This document shows positions 28,140-46,478 of a stretch of DNA of 64,000 bases, one piece after another (within the stretch, counting starts at the first letter, position 1; every line of letters starts with the position of its first letter). Both the position numbers and the translations under genes were made by a program. The stretch is from the NCBI GenBank assembly GCA_009914755.4, contig CP086569.2:12640001-12704000 (forward strand), given 5' to 3'. Under the pieces are notes generated by a model that saw only the letters and a list, made by a program, of their open reading frames with translations, was not told the origin of the DNA and made no database searches. The stretch is from the human T2T-CHM13v2.0 reference genome, Homo sapiens.

Positions 28140-30484
28140 AGGACTATTTTACTTTTTACCTTATAAGCTTTATCTTCAAACACTTTAAATTGAGGAATGA
28201 AAAATAATCCAGTAAAAGATAAGTCAGGAGGTTATGGCCACACTTTACCCAATATATCCCACACATGAAAGTATTGATTTTTTCCTGTCTTATTACACTG
28301 TCCGAGGTGATAGAGAATAAGATCATTTTAGGGCAATTATAATAAGAAGAATGCATTACTAATCATGAAGCATCATATCTCTTATTCATCAAATTAAGTA
28401 ATGCATTCAGCCACTTCATTTCCTAGACATTTACATAAACAGTAAAGGAGGAAGGTGCTTTTCATGCAGCCAAGGCATACCTCAATTCATAACAATATTT
28501 TTGAACTCTTCTTGTGTTTTTCTGCCTGAGCTAGGCCTATAGACTCATGACCTCAAGAAGCTATGTCTTTGTTTTAAAACTATAAATGTGGCATTTATTT
28601 CTCTCCACTGTCAAAAACAAAGAAGATGCACAGGCTCTAAAAATGGTAACATTGAATAATTGATTTCTTGCTTAATTGATGAAAACATTTTCTTTAAACT
28701 TGGAGAAGAAATTAAATGGTTGTAGTAGATAAGAGAAACTAGGCATACACTTAATAAATGTGCTAATGAACGCTTTAGATACAGGGATAAAGGCCCAAAT
28801 TCAGAGTTGGTTAGACAATCATAAAAACAGAAATAAGAATAGAGTTGGTTCTTTAATTACCTAACATTGGCTTTTGCATTTCACTACAAGTTTTCATTCA
28901 GCATTTCTTTTCTAAGGTGCAATTCGCTAAATAATGTGATATTAATTAGTCACAGTGATAGCCCAGGGAGTGAATTTCCATTTCCTCATTATCAAGCTAG
29001 TGCTATCTCCTATGGGCAGTAAGTCATCAACCCCAACATATCATTAGCTTCATCATTTTAGCAAATCAGTTCTGGCTAATAGCTTAAAATTGGTTAAATG
29101 GGATGTTCTTTGACATGCAGCCCTGGGAGTGATGAGAAAATAATGGGTCTCTTCTTTAGGCAGAAGAATAATTAGTAATAAGGAGGTGCCCAAGTTCAAT
29201 TAATTAATGATTTTCCAACACAGTGAATGATGCTTTAGAATAGAGAGTCTAGTTCAGGATTGATCTGTAGCAAAATGAATAAGCAAACCAAAGCAGAAGG
29301 ATACTCATTAGCTGTTTGTTTTTTTCTGTTTAGTCCAACCCCAAGGCATTTGTCAATCAAAAATCTTCCCTACCAGAGAAAGCAAGAATTAAAATGCTCT
29401 CTGGCTAAAGAGATGGGTCTTTAGACCTTTATAGAGTTTGCAAATTACACAGATTTATTACTACAAATATTTTATCAATAAAATCCACCCTATAAATACT
29501 GTATCAAGAGGCATCCTAACCAATTTGAAACACTTGGTTGGGGATTTTTGTGTGTGGGTTAGCTGGCAAAGAAGTTGACTTCCATATATACTTCCCCAGT
29601 TAAGGGTATTCCCATCACCAAGACCATGACAGCTGACTTAGTAAAAGGCAAGAGTTGACCATAGAAACCGGATCACTCTTCATCTGAGCATCTCAGCGTC
29701 ACCAGTTTCTTTGTGTGTGTGTAGATATGGCCTCCTTATTTTCTACAAAGGAGAAAAGTAGGCAGAAGGAGCTGTTTTGAAGATAAAGATTAATGGTATT
29801 TATGGCAAATATTGGGACTTCTTGGAAGAAAGATGCTATGGGCCAGTTGTCCTGAAGCCTGGCTCATTGTTAAGAGCATCTGAGAGCTTCTTACAAATAA
29901 ATTCTCTAGCCCATAGCTTCTCAGACTTTAATGTGTATAACAACCCCAGGGGACTTTTATTAAGCTTCAGATTCTGCTTATTTAGGTTTCGGTTGGAGCT
30001 TTTGATTCTGCATTTCTGACAAGCTCCCAAGTGATGCTGATGCACTGGCCCCATGGTTTAGGAATCACTATGGTAAGCCTTGTTTTGAAATACAATCATT
30101 CTTGTGAAAGTGCTTTGTAAATGGTAATGCATTACCTTAATTGAAGTATTATAATAAACAGGGATTGTGTTACTAAGATAACCATATTACAGTTCATTTT
30201 AGATATGATGTAATATGCGTAATATGGCCCTCAAAATGTTTTCTGTTTTCTCTTAATTTGTTAGTTTTTTAAAATCCAATCTATTAGCAAATTCTGTCAA
30301 GGTTACTTTCTGTGACCTACTCCTTTGATTCAGCATCAACTTTGTAAGATTCATTCCTGTTGTGCAGAGCTACAGTTCATTCACAGAAAAATTACATTTT
30401 GATATAAAAACATTAATTTAAATCTCATAATATCACACCCTACACAAACATAAACTCTAGATTGATTTTTTGAAACAAAACGTG

Positions 30485-30817
<333 letters not shown>

Positions 30818-32068
30818 TCAAAAATATAGAAGAATGTATTTATAGCTCCAAAATAGGGAAGGATTTCTTAACAAGCCCAGAAAGCACAAATTACAAGGAT
30901 ACCACTGTTGGAATTGATCGTACAGCAATTTAAATTGTCAGCTATGATTTAAGAAAAATAAAGTTGAGACAAGTGACAATAGTTGCAGTATATATGGCAA
31001 AGATTAGTAACTAAAATTCACAAAGAACTCTTAAAACTTATAAGAAAATGATGAATGATACAATAGAAAAATGGTTTTGAAGAACAGGTAAGTCACATAG
31101 GAAAAAAAAAAACAAATTGCTAATCAACAGCCAAAGGAGCTCAACCACACTTGGGTAATCAGGAAAAAAAAAAGTGAGAACATTAAGCTACCATTTCATA
31201 CTCATTTGATTGGCAACAATTTTAGTCTAATGATACAAAGTGTTGGTAACAACATCCTTGTTAATGGTGTGGCTGTAAATTAGGAATATTATTTTGGAGA
31301 TCAATCTTGCAATGTCTAGTAAAGTTATGTTACTTTCTACTCCGCTGTTCTACTTCTAGATAGGAAGACTTGTAAATGATTGTTCATTGCAATATTATTT
31401 GTATTTAAAAAAAAGGTAAGGACCACTATAGTGACCAAAAAAGAACTTATTTACTTGCAAAATAAGAGAAGACAGGTAAATCAAGAAACTGAGTATTTCT
31501 CTGGTGGGGGTAGGGAGGCTAATTACAAACTGAAGCTTGCACCCTGGATAAGGTACAATGACTACATATCTATGCAGAGTTGATTAAAATAAATTAGTAG
31601 TAAATGTTGAAAGAGAAAAACATCGTTCAGTATCTGAAACCAAGAAGCAGACAGCTAGGCTGGTCAAATAGCTCATTAAACAAACTTCTCATCTCATAGG
31701 GAAAGTTCTTTGGGAAGAGTTCACGTTGAGTAGTAATGGTTACAGAAGCAGGACTGGGTTGGTGGTAGTCTAAGAAGCATGGATTGTGTTGGCTACAGAA
31801 GCATGCCTTTTGTTAGTTACAGATATGGGAGTATACGTCGGCCTTAGCAGCATATTAACTGGAGTGAATCTGATGCCGATTCGTAGACTTTCAAAGCATG
31901 AGGCTGTCACTGATTGGCAGCTTTCAGAGGCTGTATTCACTGAAGTGAGTTGCCATTGATTTAATAAAGATATTTAAAAACAATGCTGCTGTTTATTTAA
32001 TATCATAGCTACAGACCTATCACTGATTAAATAGATTTAAAACCAGTGCCAATGTTTATTTATTACTT

Positions 32069-32405
<337 letters not shown>

Positions 32406-32991
32406 TGAGATAACCTAAGAAAGGATTGCTGCAGGTACAAATTTCTTCTTTTATACTTGCAATGGGAAAAAATTGGAGATCAAATATATGCTCATCAACA
32501 GAAGAATAAACTGTAATACATGCATATGCAGTATTCTATAGTTGCTAAACAAAACTGGATCCAAATATGTCAACAGAAACAAATATCTAAAACAGAATCT
32601 TTAGTGAGGAATGAAAACTGGAGAATATAAAATGTGGTATAATATTTGTGTAATTTTTTAAAAAACATTAATGTGTTTATGTGTGTGTGTTTCTAGATCA
32701 TCAAATGAGAAAAACATGGACCAGATACAAACTAAATTCACAATTATGTCTAACTTGGTCAGGTGTGAAATATACAGAATCAGGAAAAGAAAAAGAACTT
32801 TGAGGCAAATATTAATTTTGGGGTGATTCATTTTTCTGTGTTTCTGTATGTTGCACATTTCTCTAAAATAAAATAAACCCTAAGCTTTGAGTAATTGTTA
32901 TACTTTTTTCATTAACAACTAATTATCTTTTAAAAAACCTTTCTAAAACCGTGGATTGTCCTGCCCGTAACACAAACATAAAACAGATTAA

Positions 32992-33327
<336 letters not shown>

Positions 33328-33584
33328 CGGATAAAGGATGTTTTAACAAGAAAGATGACCTCACTCCCTTAGTACTGTATTTTAGTTCAGTCAAATTTTG
33401 ACTGGTGCCATTCTCCTCAGCTGCCGTGATTTCCAATTTAGTTGTGATAAACAGTCTTCTCTGAAAGTTTCCTTGACAGGATTTCTCTTTGAAAAAACAG
33501 AAGTTGCTGAAGGGAAAAGACCAGGAGTATAAATAAGCCCCTGCCTTCTTGACTGAAATTTTTACTGAGATAATTATAGAATAG

Positions 33585-33962
<378 letters not shown>

Positions 33963-34920
33963 TAACCAGTTTCCCCCAAGGGTAAAATTTTGCAGAGCTA
34001 TAGTATAACATCACAACCATATTGGCATTGATACAACCCACAGACCTTCTTCCAGCTTTCCCAGTTTTACTTGTACAATAATTCCTCGCTTAACGTGGCA
34101 TATAGTTTCTTGAAAACTGCAACTTTAAGTGAAACCAAGTATAATAAAACCAATTTTACCATAGGCTAATTGATACGAGCAGGAGTTAAATTCCTAGGTA
34201 CATTTCTGGTCCCAAAAATATGACCAAACTTCTAAATAAAGACGTAAAACACTCCTGATTAGTATTAAGCCCTGGAATAAATGTGAACTATACACACATT
34301 TAGGACAGATTAATAAAAACAGGTAAGATAATTGTTTACTCAATTTTGGGTGAATTTGTGAATGGTGGTGGTTGTCTGGTGGTGAGTTCAAAGAATAAAT
34401 GTAAAGCAAACATTGTCTGGGGCACCTCCCACCACCTTGCAGGCCAAAAACAATTACCAACATGGCGGCTTTTGTCAGGCATCATTTATTGTCATGCATT
34501 TGGATGATTATCATAGACTTTGTGAAATTTTATTTTATGATCATTTGTATGCATTCATTCATTTTCCAACCTGCTTATTTCAGTTAAGGGTTATTGGTGG
34601 CTGGAGCCCATCCAGGCAGCTCAGGTCACAAGGCAGAAACCAACCCTGGATGGGATGCCCTCTTATCCCAGGGTGCATTCACATACACCCACGCTGACTC
34701 ACACCACTGGAACCATGTAGACATACCAATGAACCTAAAAGGCACAGCTTTGGAATGTAGGAGGAAACCAAGGCACACAGAGAAAACCCACACAGTCATG
34801 CAGAGAACCCACAAACTCAACACAGACAGGCCCTGGCCAGGACTCTTTTTTTTCATCAGTGTTGTAACAAAATGACATTGAATGAAATGATGTTACTGGA
34901 GAACCTGCTGTACTCATGAC

Positions 34921-34948
34921 TCTGTGTTTGTGTGTGTGTGTGTGTGAA
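34921..34948. repeat. (TG)n dinucleotide microsatellite
   Basis: 'tgtgtttgtgtgtgtgtgtgtgtgaat'. Confidence 0.85.
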
Positions 34949-35184
34949 TCAGGTACTATCTACTTTTATCACATGTATGCTCAGACATCCACCAGCACAG
35001 TCAAGATACTGAGAAGTTCCAACATGACAAGTATCCCTTGTGCTGCACTTTTATAACACAACCCAAGTCCCTCCTAACTCCCCTCCCCACCCCTAACCTC
35101 TGGCAACCACTTATCTGTTCTCCATTTCTAAGGTTTGTTATTTCAGGACTGCTTTACGTAAATGTAATTACACAGTATGAAACA

Positions 35185-36115
35185 TTTGCAGAATCACTTT
35201 TTTCATTCAGCATAATTCTCTGAAGATTCATCCATCAGTGTGTGTATCAAAAATTTGTTCCTTTTTATTACTGGGTTATTCCATGTATATACCACAGTTT
35301 GTTTAACCATTTACCCATAGAAGGACCTCTGAGCTATTTCCAGCTTTTAGATATTATGAATAAAGCTGCTATGAACATTTGTGTACAGGTTTTTGTATGA
35401 ACATAAATTTTTATTTCTCTGAGTTAAATGCTTAAGAATACAATTGCTGGGCCATATGGTAATTGCATCTTTAGCCGGATAAGAGCTGTGAAACTATTTT
35501 CCAAAGTGGCTGTATCATTCCTCCCAGGAATGTAAAAGCTCCATTTTTTTTCTGCATCCCTGCTAGGTTTGGTTTCGTCACTATTTTTTATCTTAGCCAT
35601 TCCAATAGCTGTGTATTGACAATTCATTGTGGTTTCATTTGCATTATCATGATGTCCAATGAGGTTGAACTTCTTTTTATGTGCTTATTTTCTAACTGTA
35701 TAGTCTCCTTGGTGAAATAGCTGTTTATGTGTTTTGCCCACTTTCTAACTGGATTTTTTTTAATGTTGAGTTTTCAGAGTCCTTTATATATTCTAAATAC
35801 TAGTCTTTTGATGGATATGTGATTTGCAAGTATTTTCTCTTGGTCTGCAACCTGTCTTTTCATCTTTTTCACATATGTTCCACAGATAACAAGCTTTCAG
35901 TTTTAATGAGACCCGATTTATCTACTTTTCCTTTTATGGATTGTGCTTTTGTTGTCAAGTCTAAGATCTCTTTGCTTAGCCCTAGATCCTGACGATTTTT
36001 CTCCTTTTTTCAAAAAGTTTCATAGTTTTACATTTAAGTCCATGATCCATTTTGAGTAAATGTAAAAGTGTTTAGATTGAGATTCCATTTTTTTTTTTGA
36101 AACAGTATTTCCTCT
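35185..36115 (-). mobile_element. Older L1 (L1PB/L1M-like) internal ORF2-region fragment, minus orientation
   Basis: Collinear with the minus-strand young L1 at 22260-23400. Examples: 'ttccagcttttagatattatgaataaagctgctatgaacatttgtgtacag', 'cattgtggtttcatttgcatt', 'ctggattttttttaatgttgagttttcagagtcctttatatattctaaatactagtcttttgatggatatgtgatttgcaagtattttctc'. Confidence 0.8.
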
Positions 36116-36226
36116 ACATACATACACCCTAAATCCATAAATCTAAATAGAGGCTATAACTCAATCAAAGAAGCAAAGAGTCAAATAGTTTCTTTTCATT
36201 GTAGAGATTAAATTATCAGATGATGA

Positions 36227-36562
<336 letters not shown>

Positions 36563-37142
36563 TAGTTCTGACATCTTAAAAATCCTCCAAAGGGTGAAAC
36601 AGGAAATATAATAGCAGCCCTCTTGCTTTCAATTTCCATTTTATACTGAATTAGGACCTGAACACTCCTTGCATTAGGCACTATACATCTACACTCTAGA
36701 GAAAGCCCAGTGGCCATTTATTCCTTCCATAGACACCTTGTAGTCTCTGACAGGGAACAGTCAGGGCCCTCACATGATTAAAATACAGGGAGCTCCCTGA
36801 CAAAAGAGAAGTTGAGAAATCTTCAAGACAGGAGTGCCCAGCTCTTTGGTGGGGAGCAGGAGAAGTTTCCCCAGCAGGGAGGAGGGGATGAGATGAAAGA
36901 TTAAATCAGCTTGAATGTGGAATGAAAGGCAACGGGAAAAAAGGCAAAAATTCAAAATATCTGGAAAAACTTGGCATGGCTGGAAGAATGGCTGCAAAAT
37001 GGAAAGAAATGGTGTCGCAGAGGCTCTGGGTGGGGAGTGATATCCATGGGGGTAGGTTGGAGCAGATGATTCTGAGTCTCTGTCTCTCCCTCTGTCTCTC
37101 ATTAACAGAAAGTTTCAGTTCCACTTTTTTTTTTTAAAGGTG

Positions 37143-37215
37143 TTAGGTCAGTGCAAAATTAACTGTGGTTTTAAAAGTAATGGCCAAAACTGCAATTACT
37201 TTTGCACCCACAGAA
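37143..37215. mobile_element. MADE1 (Hsmar1-derived ~80 bp palindromic MITE)
   Basis: 'ttaggtcagtgcaaaattaactgtggttttaaaagtaatggccaaaactgcaattacttttgcaccc'. This matches the MADE1 consensus TTAGGTTGGTGCAAAAGTAATTGCGG...CCGCAATTACTTTTGCACCAACCTAA. Confidence 0.8.
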
Positions 37216-37868
37216 AACCTTAGTCATACTAATTATACTAAGGAACTTATTTGGATTTAATAGAAGAGAGCAAGGCTAATTGAGACTGTGTAATTGTATT
37301 CAGAGCACATCAGAAGCACTATACTGGAGTCAGGAAACCAGGGCTAGACTTCCAGGCTGGCTACTAATCTGAAGAAATCACTGTTTGATCACAGCTTCAG
37401 GGTTTACAGATGGGGTTAAAATGCCTCTATAGTGAGTCTTCATCCGTCATTAAAAATGGAGTGAGTGGATGGTACTCTTCTAGTCACCCAGTTATCGAAA
37501 ATAAATACAATATCATTATCAATAATATGATCATTAAATTTATGTGATATTTACCATATAAAGTGTATATCAAACACGTAAAAATATTATTTTACTCTTT
37601 TTAATCCAATAAACAAATTTGCTTTCTTGGACTAAAAAATAAGTACAATAATTGGAGTCTAAAATTTTGCTGGTGGTTAGCCAATACTGCTTCACTCAGG
37701 TACACATTTCCTCTGATGATTTTTTAAAATTCTGATTAAATATTATGGAAGTTTGTTTACCTTGAACTTATACTGGTGCCTTTTTGAATTTATTGGTTGA
37801 TTCTGTATAAAAGAAACAAACAAACAGTTTCCACCTCTGAGGAAAAAGACACATAGAAAGTGTGATTT

Positions 37869-38209
<341 letters not shown>

Positions 38210-41050
38210 CTAGAAGGTTTCATCTCTCCCAAATCTTTTCACAAACCTTGCTTATACCCCTGTCTTCAACTTGCCCCAGCGTAAGGTATTGGATCCCAGG
38301 GCAACGTGCTTCCAGAGACCCCTCAGTCAGTGTTACACCCGATTTAAGCCAGAAAGCATGAGCACGTAAAAATTCACCAGTTCCCACTAAACCTGAAGTA
38401 ATTATTCTCATATGAATTGAGGGGGTTGAGACATTGTAGGGAAATTAGAGTTCTGGGAAGAAGGCTAAATAACCCCAACATGTATTTTTTAAATTCCAAA
38501 ATATATTTTCTTACTTCAGATTGAGTCTAACACCAAACCTGAGAATTAATTCAATTCACAAGCCAGAGTTAGCTAAACACTAATACTCATACACAAGCCC
38601 TGCCCTCCACAGACATCTGGATTCAAATCTCCACTCTGTCATTTACTAGTAGATGCAAATAACTTTATCTCTTGGTACTCTTTCCTCTTTAGTAAAATAA
38701 GGACAATATAAGAACCTGCCTCATAGGAGTTTGATGAGAACTAAAAAATTTAAATAAAATTTCTGATACACAGTGAGGGATCAATAATGGTCAGACACAG
38801 ATTAGAAGAATCAGGAAAGACTCCCCAGAAGAAGTGATGCCTGAATCAAATCTTGAACTCTGAAGCAGATTATGCATATGAAGGTCAAAGAACAACGATG
38901 TTCAAGCATGAGCTTTGCTTTGGATCAGAGGGAAGCATGGGAAGCTGTGGGAAGTAAAGGAGAAGGAAAATGGGAGGCTAGACCAGGGGAAGGGAAAGCT
39001 GGAGATGGGAATGTTTAACACATTTGGAACAGAAAGCTCATCTCTGGTAGGACCATGAAGTTAGGGCTTTCTTACTAAATCTCTGTGGGGTGTCACTAAA
39101 GGATTTTAAGTAAGGATGAAAAATCATCTAATTTGCTTTTGGAACTGTAGTTGGGCAGCCAGATGGGGAATGAATAAGAAGAACAAGTGGAGTCCAAGTT
39201 CTTACTCAGGAGATTGATGGGGCACTTCAGGTGAAGGAACATGTTCCCAGCTAAAGCACTGAATGAGTAAGACTCGGGGACTGGTTGAAGGTGGGGAGTG
39301 AGGCAGATGACAGAAGTTAAGAAGATTCTGGATCGCTGGTTTGGATGACTGAGGTGGGTGATGGCATGATCAACTGAAACTGGAAACACAAAATAGGTTT
39401 GAGTCAGGGAAAGGGAGAGGTAACAAATCTAGTTTGGTACATGCCTGGTTGTGGAAGCTGTGAAACATACTAATGAAGCTGTTCAGCTGGAAGTTGAATA
39501 TAAGGGTCTGAAGCTTAGGATACTGATGCAAAAATGTAGAAGTCTGACACCATGCAAGGTCACACCAGGAGTGTACATAACATGACAATACTACACAGGA
39601 ATACCAACACAGAAAAAGACAAGCAGAGAAATTGGAGTACAAGGAAAATGAGCATGAATTCATCGAGGTGGAGATGTTAATTTATTTGAGATGTTTGTAA
39701 TCATAAATCAAAGTACTAGACATTGATATAGATTTATAGATGTATAAGTATCTCTACATGCATATCTGCAGCAAATTTTAACATCACCTCAGGTCAGTGA
39801 TGAATGAAGAACAACTTAAAGTTGGAAAACTAAGATAATCATATGAATAAATGTGGTAAACTAAATATGGTATAAAAAACTTATTTTTCTGGGATTTGTA
39901 GGAAGTGATGGTCAATGGATATGCAGTTTAGGAGGTTATCAATGATCAATGATTTAGGAGATTCTGTGATCTTATACACTAAGATCACCTAAGGTTTTAG
40001 GTTTAAGGTTTTAGGTTTTAGCACTGTGTATAATTCTCGCTTTCTGATACCTAAGACAGCATTGCATGTAAAGAAGCCATTAGTGCCTACTCATGCCCCA
40101 TGGTAGTAATATCTGCAAGATCATGTCTAGTTCAAACTCTACTGCATTTTCTAAGGGGAGACACCATCTCCAAATGCAATGGATGCTTTTACAAAGAGGA
40201 TCCTCAGAACGGAGAACACTCCATACAGCTACCAGTGGAAGACACGCATTCGCCTTTCTCATGTAAGTGTGTGGCAGGCTGAGAGGCTGTGGGATAACTG
40301 AATGAATTGATCCAGGATTTTTTACTCCTTAGCTCAGCTAGATCTGGGTTCTTGTCTCATGACCAGGAAAAATTAGACACACGGACATCAAAGAGTGAGT
40401 GAAGTAGAATTTATTAAGTGAAAAGGAAAGCCCTCAGCAAAAAGAGGGGTCCTGAAAGCAGGTTTGGTTGTCCCCCTTCACAGTTGAATACAAAGGCTTC
40501 TGTATTCCACTGATGGGGCTGGGTTCCCTACTTGTGTAAGGCATGAATTCCTGGAAGCCCTACTCCATCTTTCCAGTGCACATGCAGGCCCTTAGTCTGA
40601 GCCACTCTATATTGATTTATTTCTCTGACTGTGCATGAGTTAATGGATGGAATTTTTCACCACAGGCAGGTTTAGGCAAGCCCCCTGTGCAGGTTCCCTT
40701 ACCTGCACAAAGCATCTGGTGCAGATATGTGTGGGGCACGTCAGAAATTCTCTGGGGACCCTCCCCTATCTGCCTAGGAGAGTTCTCTGCTTCCTGCGTC
40801 TATCAAAATGACACAGTGATGAATGGCCTTGGGCTCCACTATTCCTCTAAAAAGCCCCCTAAGCCCAAGTGTTTCCATTTTTCAAAAAACATTTAGAGGG
40901 GAGGCAAAGTGAATAATGACTAGGAACATGAGTTTTGAAATCAAACAGACTTGGATTTGAAATCCTTGCTCCACCTCATAATATTTGCTACTGTTGATTG
41001 AGTGACTACTAGGCTGGGTACTAGTCAGAAAGCGTCATATTCACTAATTA

Positions 41051-41333
41051 ATTTTTTTTTGTTTTTGAGACAGGGTCTCATTCTGTTGCCCAGGTTGGAG
41101 TGCACTAGCATGATCACAGTCACTACAGCCTCAACCTCCCAGTCTCAATTGATCTCCCTGCCTCAGCTTCTTGAGTACCTGGGACTACAGATGTGTGCCT
41201 GGATACTTTTGTTTTTGTAGGGATGGAGTCTACCTATATTGCCCAGGCTTATCTAGAACTCCTGGGATCAAGCAATCCTCCTGCCCCAGCCTCCCAAAGT
41301 GTGGGGATTACAGCCGTGAGCCACCATGCCTGG
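41051..41333 (-). mobile_element. Alu (older, AluJ-like, more diverged), minus orientation
   Basis: Poly-T, then 'gagacagggtctcattctgttgcccaggttggagtgcactagcatgatcacagtcactacagcctcaacctcc...' through to '...ggggattacagccgtgagccaccatgcctgg'. Confidence 0.85.
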
Positions 41334-43309
41334 TTTCACTTATTAAATCTTTACAATAAACCTGGGGGCAAGAATGGGACATGGATGGTTAAGTTGATTA
41401 CTCATAGTCACAAACTGAGTGCCTGAGCAGAGATTGAAACCCAGATAGTTCAATTCCGGAACCAGCAGTCTTAATCGTGACATTTTTCTGCCAGGCTATC
41501 CATGAGACTGGTGAAAGCACACACTCTTTGAGATTCCATTTTCTCATACCTAGTGAGCCTATCTGATACAGTTATGTTGAGCATAAACAAAATAGTCTAT
41601 GTAAAACACATAGTACAGTGCCTAGAATATAGTAAGAACTCAATAGATCATAGCCATATTTTATTTTATTATTTCCTTTTTAAAAGGTATATTCAGTATT
41701 AAGAGGGAAAGGCTAAATTGAGCAATGGAAAAATAGGTCAGATTCAGCCCTTTGTCCCAACCCTAGTAAGAACAAGTACACTTGGTTTTGATGTCTCGAT
41801 ATCTCAAGGTTTTAAATTTATAGATGTTCATGTTCCTGTCTCAAGAGCACCTTGCTGTATCCATCAAAACCTGGTGGCAGATTAACTGAGTGTGAATGAT
41901 CTATCTCAAATAGAATTTGACCTTCAAACTAGAAGCAAAAGCAAGAAATAAATTGCTAAACTGTGAAAAGCATTCGGATGATCTAATATGCTATTCAACG
42001 CAGTGCTTGAGAGAAGATGTCTCACTGTTGGCTAATCTCTTCTTGTTTTTGAGACAGAATACATTGCATTTAATACCTTGCATTTGCAAATATACATCTG
42101 CATTGATATACTCATCACAGGTCAGTGTATGCAAACCTAAATTTTAGATACAACAACAACCATATGCAAGTCTATAAACCGAGACCCAAAACCATGTTTC
42201 CTCCTGACACGTAAAGTGGTTTTGATGTATTTTCCTGTTTATGAATGTATTAGAGCCAATCATGTCTCACCATGAAAACTATATTTTTTTTTGCTGTATT
42301 TCAGATTACCTTTCCCAAGTGGCAGTGAGAATTTGTATTCATTTAATTCAACACAACAAGTATTATAATTTAAAAGTCTGCTACAGGCCAGCAATGTGCT
42401 ACACATTCCCCAGACAGATAAAAGGAAAACCCTGCAGATTACCGGTAAGCCCCGTTTCTGAACCATGGATGTGAGGGCGAAGAGGCTCGATGCAATTGTT
42501 ACAGAGGGGCTGAGGCTGCATTGGTTTGGATGAGAGTAACACGGAGGAAGAGAATACCCACCAGTGTGCACTGCCTCTTCATCAAATGTGTTGTCATTTG
42601 ACTCCGAAAGCTCAATTTCCCCAGGTAAGGTGAGGCAGTCATGTGCCTGGAAAGCCTGGATTCTGGGGCTCAATGCTGCCTCATGTAAAGACGCCACTGT
42701 AAGCCCTGCGTGGTGCTGAGCCTGGCAGAGCAGGCCCTCAGACATCATGAACCTGTATTCAAATGGCCATCTCTAAAGGTTAGTCAATCATGGCATTTTT
42801 TCCATGAACTATGATTTGAAATGTTCCATCTACAGGACAGTAACAAGAAAGACAGTCAGTGGGAAACAATAATAAAATCAGGTCTGAACTTGCATAGGTG
42901 AATAGTTAACTGGGAGACACCAAAGTGGGAACATTCAGTAAGCAGCGGGGTATATAGTCAAGAGCTAGGTCTTGACTAGAAATCCTAACTTGGGAATTAT
43001 CAATTTAGTTGAAGTCGTAGACATAGATAAGAAGAGAAGAGAACCGAAGTGAAACCCAGGGAACCACGCACATCTGAGGGTCAGGAGAAACAAGAGAAGC
43101 TCCTGAAGGAGAGTGGGAAGTAGGAAGTAGGCATTTAAATGTGGAAAAGTCTCGAGATAGTTCCATTCTGAAAATATAGCAAAGTAGATCACTTGAAAGC
43201 TTTCTGTTACAAAACACTTGTATATGCGATATAAAATATATCAAAAAATATTTCTAATGCATAGCTGAGCCTCTAATAAATTAAGGAAAATTCAAATACA
43301 GAAATAGAA

Positions 43310-43710
<401 letters not shown>

Positions 43711-44433
43711 TTAACTGCCCCATGGAGATTGGAGAGGCGGCTTTGGACTTCTGCAAGGCATAGAGTTGAAACAGAGACTCTTGCATGAAGCTGTAACATT
43801 TTTTTCCATGTGTTTGAAGTTTTCCACAATAAAAAGCTCTTTTTAAATAAGAAATGGGCACCAAAAGTGAACCATAATGTAAAGTATGGATTTTGAGTGA
43901 TGATGATGTACTGATGTAGGTTCAATTGTAAGAAATGTAGCATTCTCTTTGGATGGCAGGGGTGGATGCTAACAGTGGAGAAGTCTGTGTATGTGTGGGG
44001 ACAAGGGTTATGAGGAAACTCTGTACTTTTTGCTCAGTTTTGCTGTGAACCTAAAGTTGATCTAAAAATATGAAGTCTATAGAACAAAAAGAGAAAAAAA
44101 GAAATGAACTTCTGGGGTTCCTGGCAGAAGCAGATGCAAATGTCTCCAGAAGACAGATACAGGCAGTACAGAATTCCCACAAATATGGTGTACTCACAAT
44201 CATGAAATCGTGGATATGAACAAGCAAGCTGCATGAAAATCACACGCAACAACCGGTGAAATTAGAGCCTCAGGACTTGCAAAAATGAAGCACTTACGAA
44301 AATCATAGAAAAGAAATAAGTTTCATATTATTAAAAAATAAATCAAATCATAAGTAAGGAACTATTGGCTTTTTAAGGGAAAAAAAGCATATTTTAAAGG
44401 AAATGACCAAAACTTCCAGAAATGAAAAACTTA

Positions 44434-44803
<370 letters not shown>

Positions 44804-44989
44804 CTATAGTGAGTTAAAAAGCAGATTAGACACAGCCAAACAGATAATTTTTACACCTCAAAAATGAAAGATCAGTAGTCTATCCAGATAATAGAACAGG
44901 GAAAAAAAGATATAGAATGCAGAAAGGAGGAATAGCAGTAAGAATTTTTATATATTGCAGAGGGGAGCAGAACTTGGTACAGTCAATTT

Positions 44990-45319
<330 letters not shown>

Positions 45320-46145
45320 ACGCCTGACCTAGATTTGGTATATATCTTTGAAAATAAGTATCAAGTATCACTCATATTCTGCATTTTCTTTTGTCAGCAT
45401 GATCTATCAAAAACTGAGAGGCATATTATCTACCACAACTATTGTGCTACTACCAATTTTTACTTATGTTACAAAGATACTCACTGGCATTTTATACTTC
45501 AAAACTCTGCTATTTGATTTGTAAAATGTCATTATTTTAAAAGCCTCATTGAGGGCTGAACCCCTGATTTTCAATAGCCCTCTTGACTATTTCATATTCT
45601 TACTTAGTATTTTAACTGGTGAAGTTTTCGTCATCATTTCCTTTTGAAGTTTTGAGTTACTTTATTTTAGCTGTTCCTCCTTTAGATGGCATCTTGCTAG
45701 ATGTCTGTTTTTAAGCTCATTCTGAGGAATTTGTTTTCAATAGGCGAGTTCACTCCCTTCTACTGTTAAATCAGTTTAGTGTTGTCATTCATTTCATCTT
45801 GTATATTTGTAATGACTGTTTTTTAGTTTTTTTTTTTACATTATTCCATTTTTCTTTGCTTTTTCTTTAGGATTTTGATAGTTTTATAAGCTGTTGGGTT
45901 CTCTGTGTGCTTGGCTTTCTAAATTTAAGTTTTATGTCTGAAGTTGCATTACTCAGTACCTCAACTTCTGACATAGGAGGAAAAGCAAAGAAATAACACA
46001 AAATTGAGGGGAGTGGTTTTCTTTGGGAGTATGCAGTAGGGTGGCATAGAGTGGAACACATAGGTAAATGCAAATTATAGATATTTGTTCAATACCCTAA
46101 GTTTGGGTGGTGAGCTCTAGGCATTGATTATACTCATGCTTCCTT

Positions 46146-46478
<333 letters not shown>

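Noticed and set aside
42260-42748. A 162 aa ORF (minus) in non-repeat sequence, with a nearby 'ccccaggtaaggtgagg' donor-like motif on plus.
   Set aside because: There is no recognisable protein similarity. In ~47 kb of six-frame human DNA one or two ORFs of this length are expected by chance in locally GC-enriched sequence. An isolated donor-like motif is insufficient to call an exon.
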